This document shows, piece after piece, positions 37,256 to 46,826 of a stretch of DNA of 64,000 bases (the stretch's first letter is position 1; every line of letters starts with the position of its first letter). Position numbers and translations under genes: made by a program. Source of the stretch: an uncultured virus (IMG/VR IMGVR_UViG_3300027733_000048) (taxonomy: Duplodnaviria; Heunggongvirae; Uroviricota; Caudoviricetes). Where the stretch lies: IMG/VR virus record IMGVR_UViG_3300027733_000048; one strand, given 5' to 3'. Below the pieces are notes generated by a model that did not search any database, was not told the DNA's origin, and saw only the letters and a program-made list of their open reading frames with translations.

Positions 37256-38927
37256 TTTCAGGTAACCATAAGTATTTTAAATCTGATTTTCTTAAAGTGT
37301 CTAATGCTTCTTTAACTGTTTCGACTAGTGGATCACCTGCTAGATTAAAGCTAGTATTAAACAAGATTGGAATATCTTTAATTTTATCAAACTCACTAAT
37401 TAATTCGTAATAATGTTTATTTTGTTTAGATGTTACAGTTTGAATTCTGCAAGTCCCGTCAACATGTGTAATTGCAGGAATAAGACTTTGTTTATCTTCT
37501 AATACATTTACAGCATACATCATAAATGGGCTATCAGTTCTTGATCTAAAATCAAACCAATCATTTGCTTTTTCAGCTAATACTGTTCCTGCAAATGGTC
37601 TAAACCATTCTCTATGTTTAACTTCATTTACTATATCTTTACCATTAACAACTGATGGATCAAACAAAATACTTCTGTTACCTAGTGCGCGAGGACCAGC
37701 TTCTGATCTACCTTGATATAAACATACAATATGTTCATCTGCAATCAATTTTGCAATATCTGCTGCAGTTGTGTTAGTTACATCAAAGTCAGTAAAATCA
37801 ATGTCTGTATAATTTGCAGAATTATCAGGTCCAATATACAAACTAGTTAACGGTGCTTTAACGCTGTCCTGTGTCATTGTTCTGTATACATGCTGGCATG
37901 CACCCATTACATTACCGCCGTCGTGACTTACAGGCTCATGATAAAATTCAACATCTGGAAACTCTTTTAAGAATTCATAGTTTGCAACACAATTTAATAC
38001 AAAACCACCTGCCATTACAATTTGTTTTTTACCAGTGATCTCAATCGTTTTTCTAATAAGATTGCTAACTCGTTCTTCGGCTGATTTTTGCACTGCATAC
38101 GCCAAGTCTTTTCTAAAATCATCAATTAAATTTGGATCAGTATGCCACGATGTGTCACCTTCATGTTCTTTTAACTCTGGATTTAAATCACATCTAATAA
38201 CGTTACCTGCAGGAAATTTAGGTTTAATTAAGTTTCTATTACTAAATCTGCCTTCGTGTATTTTAATAGAGTCATTTGGCTTGCCATATGGTGCAATACC
38301 CATAGTTTTCCCAGCTTCAATAGCATGAAATCCTAAGTATTGTGTAACTGCTTCGTATGTTTTTGTAATGCCGTGTCCGTCTGAAATTTCTATTTCACAG
38401 TCGTCGTCTTGTAACGACAGACTATCTACAAGATTAGTGCCATAGTTTACTAAATGCTTCTTGATGCCTGCAGGATACGACAATGACCAAATTGATTCTA
38501 CTTCCCATGTATCATGTTGTATTTGTTCAAAATCTGGAATATTAATTCCGCTACCGGCTCCATCAATCACTATTGCAGCAGCATCATCAAACCCTGAATT
38601 ATAAAACGCAGTTACTGCATGAGTCATATGATGATCATCACCTAATTTGATAGTTTCTACAGGAATTCCAGGTTGTTTTTTTCTAACTAAACACGTATAT
38701 GCATCTTCAGCAGTCCACGGTACTTTCCCAAATGCATTTCTAGTGCCGCATAATATAACGAAATCAATATGATCAGTATATTCAAATGCTTTTTCAATAC
38801 CTAAAAACGGATTACCGTCGTATTTTAACCGACTTAATCGATCTTCTTCAATATAAAAGATTAATTTACTATCTTTATATAATGCTGCTGACCCATTATG
38901 GCCAACATTAATTCCTAATAACCACAT
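37230..38927 (-). CDS. O-carbamoyltransferase (NodU/CmcH/TobZ family)
   Basis: GHNGSAAL...EEDRLSRLK, HHMTHA, IDGAG, GKTMGIAPYG, GGFVLNCVAN, GPRALGNRSIL, VKHREWFRPFA, HVDGTCRIQTV, NTSFNLAGDP. Confidence 0.95.
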   Translation of the reverse strand: MWLLGINVGHNGSAALYKDSKLIFYIEEDRLSRLKYDGNPFLGIEKAFEYTDHIDFVILCGTRNAFGKVPWTAEDAYTCLVRKKQPGIPVETIKLGDDHHMTHAVTAFYNSGFDDAAAIVIDGAGSGINIPDFEQIQHDTWEVESIWSLSYPAGIKKHLVNYGTNLVDSLSLQDDDCEIEISDGHGITKTYEAVTQYLGFHAIEAGKTMGIAPYGKPNDSIKIHEGRFSNRNLIKPKFPAGNVIRCDLNPELKEHEGDTSWHTDPNLIDDFRKDLAYAVQKSAEERVSNLIRKTIEITGKKQIVMAGGFVLNCVANYEFLKEFPDVEFYHEPVSHDGGNVMGACQHVYRTMTQDSVKAPLTSLYIGPDNSANYTDIDFTDFDVTNTTAADIAKLIADEHIVCLYQGRSEAGPRALGNRSILFDPSVVNGKDIVNEVKHREWFRPFAGTVLAEKANDWFDFRSRTDSPFMMYAVNVLEDKQSLIPAITHVDGTCRIQTVTSKQNKHYYELISEFDKIKDIPILFNTSFNLAGDPLVETVKEALDTLRKSDLKYLWLPEIGKLLSKQ

Positions 38928-38930
38928 GTA

Positions 38931-39860
38931 TTATCCTTTTGTTGTTTTCTTAATATGTGCTTTGATATTTTCAATTACAGATTTAAGCTCTTCTTTGCTA
39001 AAATCCATAATTGTATCATTCATTCTATCAGCTTCTTCTGAAGCAAATCCCGCAATCCTAATTGGACTATATTGGCGAACTGCATCTTTTTTCTCAATAA
39101 TATTAAAATGTTCCGGATAGGTAATATTAATAGGGAACGTACTTCCACATACAATTGTACCCGGTTTATTAAACGAATATGCGATATGTTGACCTACGCT
39201 ATCACACCCAATAAAATAATCAGTTGCTTCAATTATTGCAGCCCAAATACGCAATGACATTTGTTGGTCAGGTTGAAATATTGGAAGATTAACTACATTT
39301 AACTTATGTTCACCCATATACATAATGTTATAATCTTTTGATAATTCTGCAACTAATTCCATAAATGTCGATTGTTCTAAACTACGAGAACTTTGATCAT
39401 AAACAATACTGCTGTTACTTAAACTACTTGATCTTCCAAATGGCTGTATTACAATAGTTTTTTCTTTTTTGTGCTGTTGAACCACCTGACCAATGATCTC
39501 TAATGCCATCATTTCTTCTGATTTATTTAAGATTAGTGTAGGTTGAACATTTTTGTTAATTCTTTCACCAATAATTTCCCACCAAAAACTTTGTTGAAGA
39601 CTAGATCTCTGATTATAGTATTCGTAGTCGCGATATGGTTCAGGGCTAACACATTGGTTATCCTTAATTAGATTTTCAAAAAGTCCTTTGTGATTAACAT
39701 CCCATGCAACATGTTGCAGTATTGGATGGCCCATATAAAATTCCATACCGCCTTCGCATATAATGCCGCCTAACTCACTACGACGGTGGCTTTCTTCTAA
39801 TGCAGGAATGCTAGCAAGTACGCGTCCGGCACCGCCGTTAATAAAAAATATTTTCTTCAT
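38931..39860 (-). CDS. Glycosyltransferase, GT-B fold (GT9/heptosyltransferase-like)
   Basis: FINGGAGRV (GGxGD-like), IVIQPFG, AAIIEATDYFIGCDSVGQHIAYSFNKPGTIVCGST. Confidence 0.75.
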   Translation of the reverse strand: MKKIFFINGGAGRVLASIPALEESHRRSELGGIICEGGMEFYMGHPILQHVAWDVNHKGLFENLIKDNQCVSPEPYRDYEYYNQRSSLQQSFWWEIIGERINKNVQPTLILNKSEEMMALEIIGQVVQQHKKEKTIVIQPFGRSSSLSNSSIVYDQSSRSLEQSTFMELVAELSKDYNIMYMGEHKLNVVNLPIFQPDQQMSLRIWAAIIEATDYFIGCDSVGQHIAYSFNKPGTIVCGSTFPINITYPEHFNIIEKKDAVRQYSPIRIAGFASEEADRMNDTIMDFSKEELKSVIENIKAHIKKTTKG

Positions 39861-39889
39861 GTTATCCTTTTAATATGCTTAGTTAATTT

Positions 39890-39938
39890 TATTTATAATC
39901 TCATATCTTATTATACAGTACTATTGAATGCGTGTCAA
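39890..39938 (-). promoter_or_regulatory. Tandem perfect sigma70 promoter and T4-type late promoter for the GT-carbamoyltransferase operon
   Basis: TTGACA(39933-39938)-N17-TATAAT(39910-39915), then TATAAATA (39890-39897). Confidence 0.8.
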
Positions 39939-40017
39939 TCAGTAAATTTTCATTTTAATTGTTCCTTATCAGTAATAATAGCTATATACTGTATTACTAG
40001 ATTTTTGTGAGGAAAAT

Positions 40018-40635
40018 ATGAAAAAAATTATAAATGCGTTTGCCGTGCCTGTGTTAGAAGCAATTATACCTGACGCTAGCACTTTAAATAAATCATTACA
40101 TCTTAAAATACAAACATTGTTTGATACAATTGATGATAAACGATTACTTAGTCACTATTGGCATAGTAATATTTTAACAGATATTGCAGCAGATGTTGGC
40201 TATAGTTCATTCAATCACGGAAATCTTATTGACAATGAAAATTTTAATGATTTTTTTACCGCAATTTCTCCAATAATTACAGATTTTTTTAATCAATTAG
40301 ACTTTAATCAAACTTGGAATTTTACAAATGCATGGGCCAATGTTTATCCGCATGGTTCATTTGTCCCTCATCACAATCACGGTACTGCACATTGGAGCGG
40401 TAGTTATTATGTAAATGCTGCTGAAAATTGCGGTGATTTAATCTTGTTAGATCCTAAAGAATATGCGTTAAGTAACGAACCATCGTTTACTAAGTGGCGA
40501 GGAAATATGACATTTCCTATTAGTGTAGTTCCTGGCAAATTAGTAATTTTTCCCGGATACTTAAAACACGAAACTAACCCTAATTTATCGTTGGAAGATA
40601 GAGTTATTATTAGTTTTAATATTTTATGCCAGTAA
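40018..40635 (+). CDS. Putative 2OG-Fe(II) oxygenase (TIGR02466-like)
   Basis: AWANVY...HNH...WSGSYYV...GDL...DP...GKLVIFPGYLKHET...RVIISFN. Confidence 0.88.
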   Translation: MKKIINAFAVPVLEAIIPDASTLNKSLHLKIQTLFDTIDDKRLLSHYWHSNILTDIAADVGYSSFNHGNLIDNENFNDFFTAISPIITDFFNQLDFNQTWNFTNAWANVYPHGSFVPHHNHGTAHWSGSYYVNAAENCGDLILLDPKEYALSNEPSFTKWRGNMTFPISVVPGKLVIFPGYLKHETNPNLSLEDRVIISFNILCQ

Positions 40636-41219
40636 CTAATATTTTTTTTAATCCAATTTTTCCACAAGTGCTAGAAACACAATTGTTGTTAGATTTAGAT
40701 GTAAAAGCACGTATGATTGATACAGTGATATCGCAAAAAGATACAGCAAATTACCATGGCGGATATACTTTTCATATACAGGATAATTTTGGTGATTTTA
40801 AGATACTCTATAATTTCTTTTTTGATACTGTTACAACTTTATTTGGGAATGTAAAATTATCTCCAATACATAAAACATGGTGTTGGGCTAATGTCTACAA
40901 TACAGAAACTTTTAGAACTAATGCACATAATCATATTAGAACTAGTTCTATTAACGCAATATACTATTTAACAATGCCAAAAGATATTAATAGTACCGAA
41001 GGGGGTTTGAATTTGTACACTACTAACTCAGAAGTTATCCAATTTCAACCTGACGAAGGTGATTTATTAATTATGCCAAATCACACAGTACACGAGCCGT
41101 TATTTCATAGTAGTTTCAATTATAGAATTGCTATCAACATGGAAATGTGCATTGAACCCAGCGTAAATAACTACTTTACAGAAGAAAAAATATATGCAAA
41201 TGCAAAACCAAAGTTATGA
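40626..41219 (+). CDS. Putative 2OG-Fe(II) oxygenase
   Basis: CWANVY...HNH...AIYYL...EGDLLIMP...HEP...RIAINME. Confidence 0.8.
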   Translation: MPVTNIFFNPIFPQVLETQLLLDLDVKARMIDTVISQKDTANYHGGYTFHIQDNFGDFKILYNFFFDTVTTLFGNVKLSPIHKTWCWANVYNTETFRTNAHNHIRTSSINAIYYLTMPKDINSTEGGLNLYTTNSEVIQFQPDEGDLLIMPNHTVHEPLFHSSFNYRIAINMEMCIEPSVNNYFTEEKIYANAKPKL

Positions 41220-41712
41220 ACAAATTGTAGTAATTAGTAAAACATTACTAGATAATGCACAATGTAATCAACTAATTGATAAACATGATACTATACAATT
41301 AGAAAATGTAGTACAACAGACACATAGAAACGTTCGGATTGCAAACATTGATATTACAGATATTCCGTTTTTAATAGATAGTCTTAAGTTTATTAACAGC
41401 AATCATTTTAAATTTGATTTAGATTTTAACTATATCGATTGTTTTTTTGGTAGGTATGATACAGGCATGCACTACAACAGTATGCACATGGATTGTATAC
41501 CCGGAGATGTTCAACGTAAATTATCGTTTTCATTATTACTAAACGATAACTTTCAAGGAGGAGAATTTGTAACACTAACTGATTCAACTGTAAACTGCCA
41601 GTCTGGAAAATTGTTAATTTTTCCTTCTTTTTTACCGCACAAAGTATCAGTTGTTGAAGAAGGTTCGAGGTATGCTATCTTTGGGTGGGTGGGTGGTCCT
41701 AACTTTAAGTAA
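41194..41712 (+). CDS. 2OG-Fe(II) oxygenase (PKHD-like)
   Basis: MHMD, RKLSFS, FQGGEF, IFPSFLPHKVSVVEEGSRYAIFGW; paralogous to 22472-23071. Confidence 0.85.
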   Translation: MQMQNQSYEQIVVISKTLLDNAQCNQLIDKHDTIQLENVVQQTHRNVRIANIDITDIPFLIDSLKFINSNHFKFDLDFNYIDCFFGRYDTGMHYNSMHMDCIPGDVQRKLSFSLLLNDNFQGGEFVTLTDSTVNCQSGKLLIFPSFLPHKVSVVEEGSRYAIFGWVGGPNFK

Positions 41713-42460
41713 TATTCTGCATCGTTAATTTACTTAGATACAAGTTTGCATAATTATTAGCAGTTTGTATATCATAATGATGGCGATCTCTTGCAAAATC
41801 AACTTGTGGCTGTTCAGGAAAAAAGGTAATATCGTGTGTTGTTAGTTTATTGTATATAAATTCTGCATCATCAGTTCTTGCAAATTTAGGAATAAATGAA
41901 TGTACTATTTGAGTAAACGGATGATTATCGATATTAAGTATGTTGTTTATACAATTTTGTTTATCTAATTCCTGCATATCTGCAAACTGTTCTCGACCGC
42001 CTTTGGGCTTAATAAAATGAATTTTTCGATCCTCGTCGATCAACGAGGTATCTGTGCTTTCTCTTCGATGACAATAACTCCATTGTATTAAAATAATTTT
42101 TGGACTAAAATTATTAATAATAGCGTGTACACGTCTCGCAATCCAATCATTACTAGCTCCATTCATACTAACGTTTACTGTTCTTTTTCCTGTTTGTTCT
42201 CCTACAAGATTGACCCAAGTTTCGTTGTACGGTTGGCCAAGTCCTACTGTAAAACTGTCACCTACACACCAAATAACATCAGTTAAATCCAAAGGCCATT
42301 CTTCATCTCGATAACCAAAACTATTATACACATACAGAATACTTTTTTCATACATTTTATAATGTATAACGTCTCTACAATGCTCTAAACTGTCAATACC
42401 GCAGGTTGCGTCAAACTCGTTTGCAGTAGTAGTTAATATAAATTCGTTAAATACATTCAT
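41705..42460 (-). CDS. SGNH/GDSL-like hydrolase or acyltransferase homolog
   Basis: YNSFGYRD, CVGDSFTVG, NVSMNGASND, RDRHH (DxxH). Confidence 0.7.
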   Translation of the reverse strand: MNVFNEFILTTTANEFDATCGIDSLEHCRDVIHYKMYEKSILYVYNSFGYRDEEWPLDLTDVIWCVGDSFTVGLGQPYNETWVNLVGEQTGKRTVNVSMNGASNDWIARRVHAIINNFSPKIILIQWSYCHRRESTDTSLIDEDRKIHFIKPKGGREQFADMQELDKQNCINNILNIDNHPFTQIVHSFIPKFARTDDAEFIYNKLTTHDITFFPEQPQVDFARDRHHYDIQTANNYANLYLSKLTMQNIT

Positions 42461-43566
42461 TTATGATTATACCAAGTTTCTAATTCAGTTAATGCAGTGT
42501 TACCTAACTTTTCTAAGGATAAAAACTTTCCTATCGAAGATTTATTGCTCCAATCATTATACGTATTCAAACATTCTTTAAAATTCTTTACTAATAGTGA
42601 TTTTTCTGCTAGCGTTTGTAACTTAATAGGCATCCCTGCAATTAAAGTTCTGTCGTCTACTAAATTATATATTGTTTTATAGGTATTTAAATAATTTGTT
42701 GAATTTGTAGTTAAGAACTCTTGATGAGCTACACTTAGTCCAGGTCGTGTCATTAGTTGATTCATATTCATTGATAATAATGGCCGGTGAATAGTATTTG
42801 AATTTTCTAAAAGAAGAGTGGATGGAACCTCTGTAGAAAAACCGCTCATATCACTGATAAGATAATGGCATGCGTTCCAATCTTTCCAAGAAATGCCATA
42901 ATGATCTGCCCAACTTACGCGGTGATGGTTGATTGGAAATATGTCAAGATTGTCTACGTAAGACTCAAGATCTATTACATCTTTTTCATAATTAAATATT
43001 GAATTTATTGCAAAGTGATTATCAGTCCATTTTAGATAATTTACATATTTGTCTAGATAATTTTTAAATACTTCTTGATCTATAGTAATTTTCCGTTGGT
43101 ATAAATCCTTAAATACACTAATTTTTTCTTGATGGTCATACACGTTTAAATGTTTTGAAAACGCAGCTATACACCAACTTAAAGCATGTTCGAACAAATT
43201 TTGTCTACGGGCACTAATTATAAAAAAATTGTCATTAATATATTGATAAAAACTTAGTTGATCTTTTAATAAATCTTGTCTATTTAAAATATGATATTGT
43301 GCTAATCTTGATACTTTGTAATGGTCTACACTACTTAATAATTGTGTTATTTCTTCAAGTGTTTGATGGTATCCCCAATTAGATTTTTCAGGTTTTCCTA
43401 ATACTTGTTGGTTATATTTTGTTGAATGATATGATTCAATTCCGTTAGTGAGTTCGTGTAAATTAATAACTGGGTGTTGATAGTCATATTGTTGCATAGT
43501 TACTGTAATATACTTTTGCAGTAAACTTGATCCTACTCTGTCGGGTGTTAATATTATAATATTCAT
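42457..43566 (-). CDS. Sulfotransferase-fold protein
   Basis: ILTPDRVGSSLL (PAPS 5'-PSB-like), LHEL, RRQNLFEHALSW (3'-PB-like), NYE. Confidence 0.6.
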   Translation of the reverse strand: MNIIILTPDRVGSSLLQKYITVTMQQYDYQHPVINLHELTNGIESYHSTKYNQQVLGKPEKSNWGYHQTLEEITQLLSSVDHYKVSRLAQYHILNRQDLLKDQLSFYQYINDNFFIISARRQNLFEHALSWCIAAFSKHLNVYDHQEKISVFKDLYQRKITIDQEVFKNYLDKYVNYLKWTDNHFAINSIFNYEKDVIDLESYVDNLDIFPINHHRVSWADHYGISWKDWNACHYLISDMSGFSTEVPSTLLLENSNTIHRPLLSMNMNQLMTRPGLSVAHQEFLTTNSTNYLNTYKTIYNLVDDRTLIAGMPIKLQTLAEKSLLVKNFKECLNTYNDWSNKSSIGKFLSLEKLGNTALTELETWYNHK

Positions 43567-43567
43567 G

Positions 43568-44353
43568 TTATGTTTCTGGCATAGTTGGTTGAATTATTCG
43601 ATATAATTCTAATTCATTTACTAGTTGTTGTTTTATCTGCATAGTCCATTCTGCTTGTAAAAAATTTTCAATAGCATCAATTAAGTGGTTAGCATTAGCA
43701 TATTTTATATATTGATCATATTCTATAGTTAGCACTCGACTTGCAAACTTTTCTAATATTGCACTTTTTATGTTTGAAAGTTCTATTAGACTAGATATCC
43801 ATTTTAAATTAGTAAGTGCCGTTAGATCAATATTTTCTAAATAAGTCTGTTCAATATCAAAATTTTTGCAGTAATCATTACATATTTTTTCAAAATATAT
43901 TAAATTTCCTTTTAATACTTTATGAATAAAATTAAATGTGCATAACGGAATGTGTTCATCTTTAATTTCAATCTGTATTACTTTACTATTAGGAAATGCT
44001 TCTAAAAATATGTTAATATCTTGGCAATGAATAGATATAGTATGGATTATTTTTTCTTCTTTGTAAGGATTGCTAATTAATGTATTTCTAAGGTATTCTA
44101 TTTTATCAGTCTGAGACATAGTCGATTCAGTCTGATATAAAATAGATTGATACGTGTCGTCTAATGAAATTGTACAAAAGTTGTTTAACGAAGTAATTTT
44201 AGTATTAGCATGCCCTGACCCTATCGCATTCTGTTTAATAGCCTCAGTCGGATTAAATGCTGTATAAAGTAATGATGTTAAAAACCAACCGCCTGCACCG
44301 ACTGGGTATTGTACAAATAATATTGGAGTTGGTAAATTAAAAAGTTGTGTCAT
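43568..44353 (-). CDS. Hypothetical protein, possible sulfotransferase fold
   Basis: VQYPVGAGGWFLTSLL...H...FPNSKVI...IEYD; start probably ATG 44353, right after GTTAAATA. Confidence 0.5.
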   Translation of the reverse strand: MTQLFNLPTPILFVQYPVGAGGWFLTSLLYTAFNPTEAIKQNAIGSGHANTKITSLNNFCTISLDDTYQSILYQTESTMSQTDKIEYLRNTLISNPYKEEKIIHTISIHCQDINIFLEAFPNSKVIQIEIKDEHIPLCTFNFIHKVLKGNLIYFEKICNDYCKNFDIEQTYLENIDLTALTNLKWISSLIELSNIKSAILEKFASRVLTIEYDQYIKYANANHLIDAIENFLQAEWTMQIKQQLVNELELYRIIQPTMPET

Positions 44354-44387
44354 ATTGTATTTAACTATAAACTTTATCAACTCAAGT

Positions 44388-44412
44388 AAAAAGGCGATTA
44401 GTTCGCCTTTTT
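44388..44412. terminator. Bidirectional intrinsic terminator closing the Cys-rich gene operon
   Basis: aaaaaggcga-ttagt-tcgccttttt. Confidence 0.8.
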
Positions 44413-44428
44413 ACAGAATGATTTACTT

Positions 44429-45184
44429 TTATGGTCTAGCAAATAAAGGAACCCATTTTTCAGGAATAATTAATTCTAGATCAGGCCCTTCTGCAATATA
44501 TGTAGTTGGTCCTGTTGGTCCTGTTGCTGTAATACTAAGTTCAAGAGCTTGTGGAGTAGTGGTCTTTTGAAAAGTTTCTTTAAAATTTGGCCCTTTTGAC
44601 AACATCATGGTTCCATTTTCTGTAGTCAACTCTACTATATCAACAGGTGTTGCAGGATCGCATATTTTGAATTTTTTTGAATCAGTTACAGACTTCACAA
44701 CATACATTTTATGTTTCTCAACACCACCTAATGAGCCCATGAACGTTACTTGGTCGCCAACTGCTAACCATTCTGTTGTGCCGCAGGTAAATTCATTAGT
44801 AGTGCTATTAGTTGCTGTAACAGTTGTAGAATACACAGTATCACTAATTGTGATACTCCACGAATCGTATACACCCGACACACACGAATCAACGTTAATG
44901 ATGAACGTTTCGCTCATCGGATCGTCGCTAGGTGCATAATTTATACAGCAAGTTGGTGGCCCTGGTAGCAACGGTAGATTTTCAGCTGCCAATTCTTCCA
45001 TCCATTGCCCGCCGCTGATCCATTCATCATTTTTGAATTTCCAACCCACATTAACGTGATCAGGAATTTCTTCCCAATACCCCGGTATATCATTTTTTGC
45101 AATGGCATCGGGATGCCACAACCCTGCTGGATTCTCATCATGCGTTTGCATAATTTCATTGTTTACTATTTTTGCCCAAATCAT
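44429..45184 (-). CDS. Partner/chaperone-like protein downstream of the Cys-rich genes, carrying an inserted beta domain
   Basis: N-terminal WAKIVNNEI...VNVGWKF resembles fibre-associated small proteins; internal VGDQVTF...YVVKSV...FKI resembles repeats in ORF 48783-55193; AGGAG RBS. Confidence 0.55.
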   Translation of the reverse strand: MIWAKIVNNEIMQTHDENPAGLWHPDAIAKNDIPGYWEEIPDHVNVGWKFKNDEWISGGQWMEELAAENLPLLPGPPTCCINYAPSDDPMSETFIINVDSCVSGVYDSWSITISDTVYSTTVTATNSTTNEFTCGTTEWLAVGDQVTFMGSLGGVEKHKMYVVKSVTDSKKFKICDPATPVDIVELTTENGTMMLSKGPNFKETFQKTTTPQALELSITATGPTGPTTYIAEGPDLELIIPEKWVPLFARP

Positions 45185-45205
45185 TTAATTCTCCTAATTA
45201 TCAAT

Positions 45206-46825
45206 TTATGGATTTTTCCAATATATAACTGCCATGCCGGTTCCGGCAGTGCTGGCCAGTTCGTCTAATTTGCAGGGCGGAAATGCCAGTGGAGTTCCAC
45301 CACCGTTACAAGTGTCGTAGCTGCCGCCATAACATACACACAGCAAGTAACACCTCACCATACCAGCGCCTCCGCCTTTACCTGCACGGCTGGCCATCCA
45401 CATGATATCAACGCCGCCAGCACCACCTAGTGTGCCTGCACAATGAGTAATGTAAGGAAACAGTTGGTCCTGCATACGGTCTGCACAACACATCCTGTTA
45501 TTAGTACCCAAACAACATAATAAAATCCAATTTATACCCGGATTACAAGCAGCACCGTTCATGCAGTTTGGTATGTTCATACTTGTTGGTTCGCAACAGA
45601 AATAGGCAACTCCGCCTGTTCCTGCACCTTCTCCAGCATTATGCCACGCGTTCATTGCTAGTCTGCCGCCTTGATTCCACAGGCTGCAGTTACGATAACA
45701 TTGTGTATCTTCAAGACCGTTGCCTTGACTGCCGCTACCGCACATGCTGTGAATATCATGCCATTCGTAACGTTTAGGTTGTGGGCCATGCTCTTGCCAA
45801 AAACTTCGGTTAGGCATGCATCCGGAATTAAACCAAGTCCATCTAGTATCACGTCCTTCTTCGTTGTCGTAGCCGCCCCATCCGCCTGCTCCGTAGTGAA
45901 ACTGTCCAGATACGCACATGCCTCTAAAACCAATAGTGCGGCCGTGGCAAGTATCACAACGCTGATATTTGGTTCCTCCGCCGCCGCTGGTTCCTGACAT
46001 AGCACAACTCTTTCTACCGCCTGGATAGAACTGGCCACATTTCTCAGGTGTACATATACAATCGCACGAGCTACTCGTGGCGCCTTTTCTACAAATATAT
46101 CCAATGCCACCGCCACCGCCGGCGACTGAACCAAAACCAGCGCCAGACATCTGATCATCATGATTTGCACCACTGCCCATGCCGCCACATGACCAGATCC
46201 ATGATCCTGCTGAACCGCCGCCTGGTGCTTTTCCGCTACAGTAGCCAGGATAATTTTGAGGGTTGTATGTGATGCCATAGCCTGAATAAATTAAACAATA
46301 GCCACAACAAGATGTGCCTAAAAAACAATTTCCAACTCCGCAATAATAGCCACTGTATGCACAGCCAGCTGCGCCGCCTATGCTGTTCCAATCTCCACCG
46401 GTAGCAATGCCCGGATTGCAACATACAGCACCGCCTGCTGTGAGTGTTCTAGCAACAGCACTGCTGTTGGTGTATGCTATGGCAGTATCCTGAGATTGGC
46501 GACCCACTACAATGGTTACTGTGCATCCTGATGCTATAGTGTCTACTCTTTCTACATAGCCGCCGCCCGCGCCTGCATAGTTAGTAGTAGTACTAGCAGA
46601 ATACGAAGCTTTGCCACCGCCGCCTACTGCAATTGTACGTATACATGTTACACCTGCAGGTACTGTAAATGTATAACTTCCCGGTGTGTCAACCATTATT
46701 CTATTTTGCCAGCAACTGTTATTATCCTGTGAGTACTTTTGTCCAGAAACTTGATAACAAGTTGTATTTACAATAGTACTACAAGTGTTTGATTGTGCTG
46801 ACCCTGTACTAATATATCTTCCCAT
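45206..46825 (-). CDS. Cys/Gly-rich virion-like protein A (glycine-rich domain, about 42 Cys)
   Basis: PGSYTFTVPAGVTCIRTIAVGGGG...AGTGMAVIYW glycine-rich domain frame; Cys counted by hand. Confidence 0.8.
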   Translation of the reverse strand: MGRYISTGSAQSNTCSTIVNTTCYQVSGQKYSQDNNSCWQNRIMVDTPGSYTFTVPAGVTCIRTIAVGGGGKASYSASTTTNYAGAGGGYVERVDTIASGCTVTIVVGRQSQDTAIAYTNSSAVARTLTAGGAVCCNPGIATGGDWNSIGGAAGCAYSGYYCGVGNCFLGTSCCGYCLIYSGYGITYNPQNYPGYCSGKAPGGGSAGSWIWSCGGMGSGANHDDQMSGAGFGSVAGGGGGIGYICRKGATSSSCDCICTPEKCGQFYPGGRKSCAMSGTSGGGGTKYQRCDTCHGRTIGFRGMCVSGQFHYGAGGWGGYDNEEGRDTRWTWFNSGCMPNRSFWQEHGPQPKRYEWHDIHSMCGSGSQGNGLEDTQCYRNCSLWNQGGRLAMNAWHNAGEGAGTGGVAYFCCEPTSMNIPNCMNGAACNPGINWILLCCLGTNNRMCCADRMQDQLFPYITHCAGTLGGAGGVDIMWMASRAGKGGGAGMVRCYLLCVCYGGSYDTCNGGGTPLAFPPCKLDELASTAGTGMAVIYWKNP

Positions 46826-46826
46826 A

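Noticed and set aside
45658..46278. 206-aa alternative-frame ORF inside Cys-rich gene A
   Set aside because: Expected by-product of locally higher GC and GGC/TGC codon runs; no initiation signals or motifs
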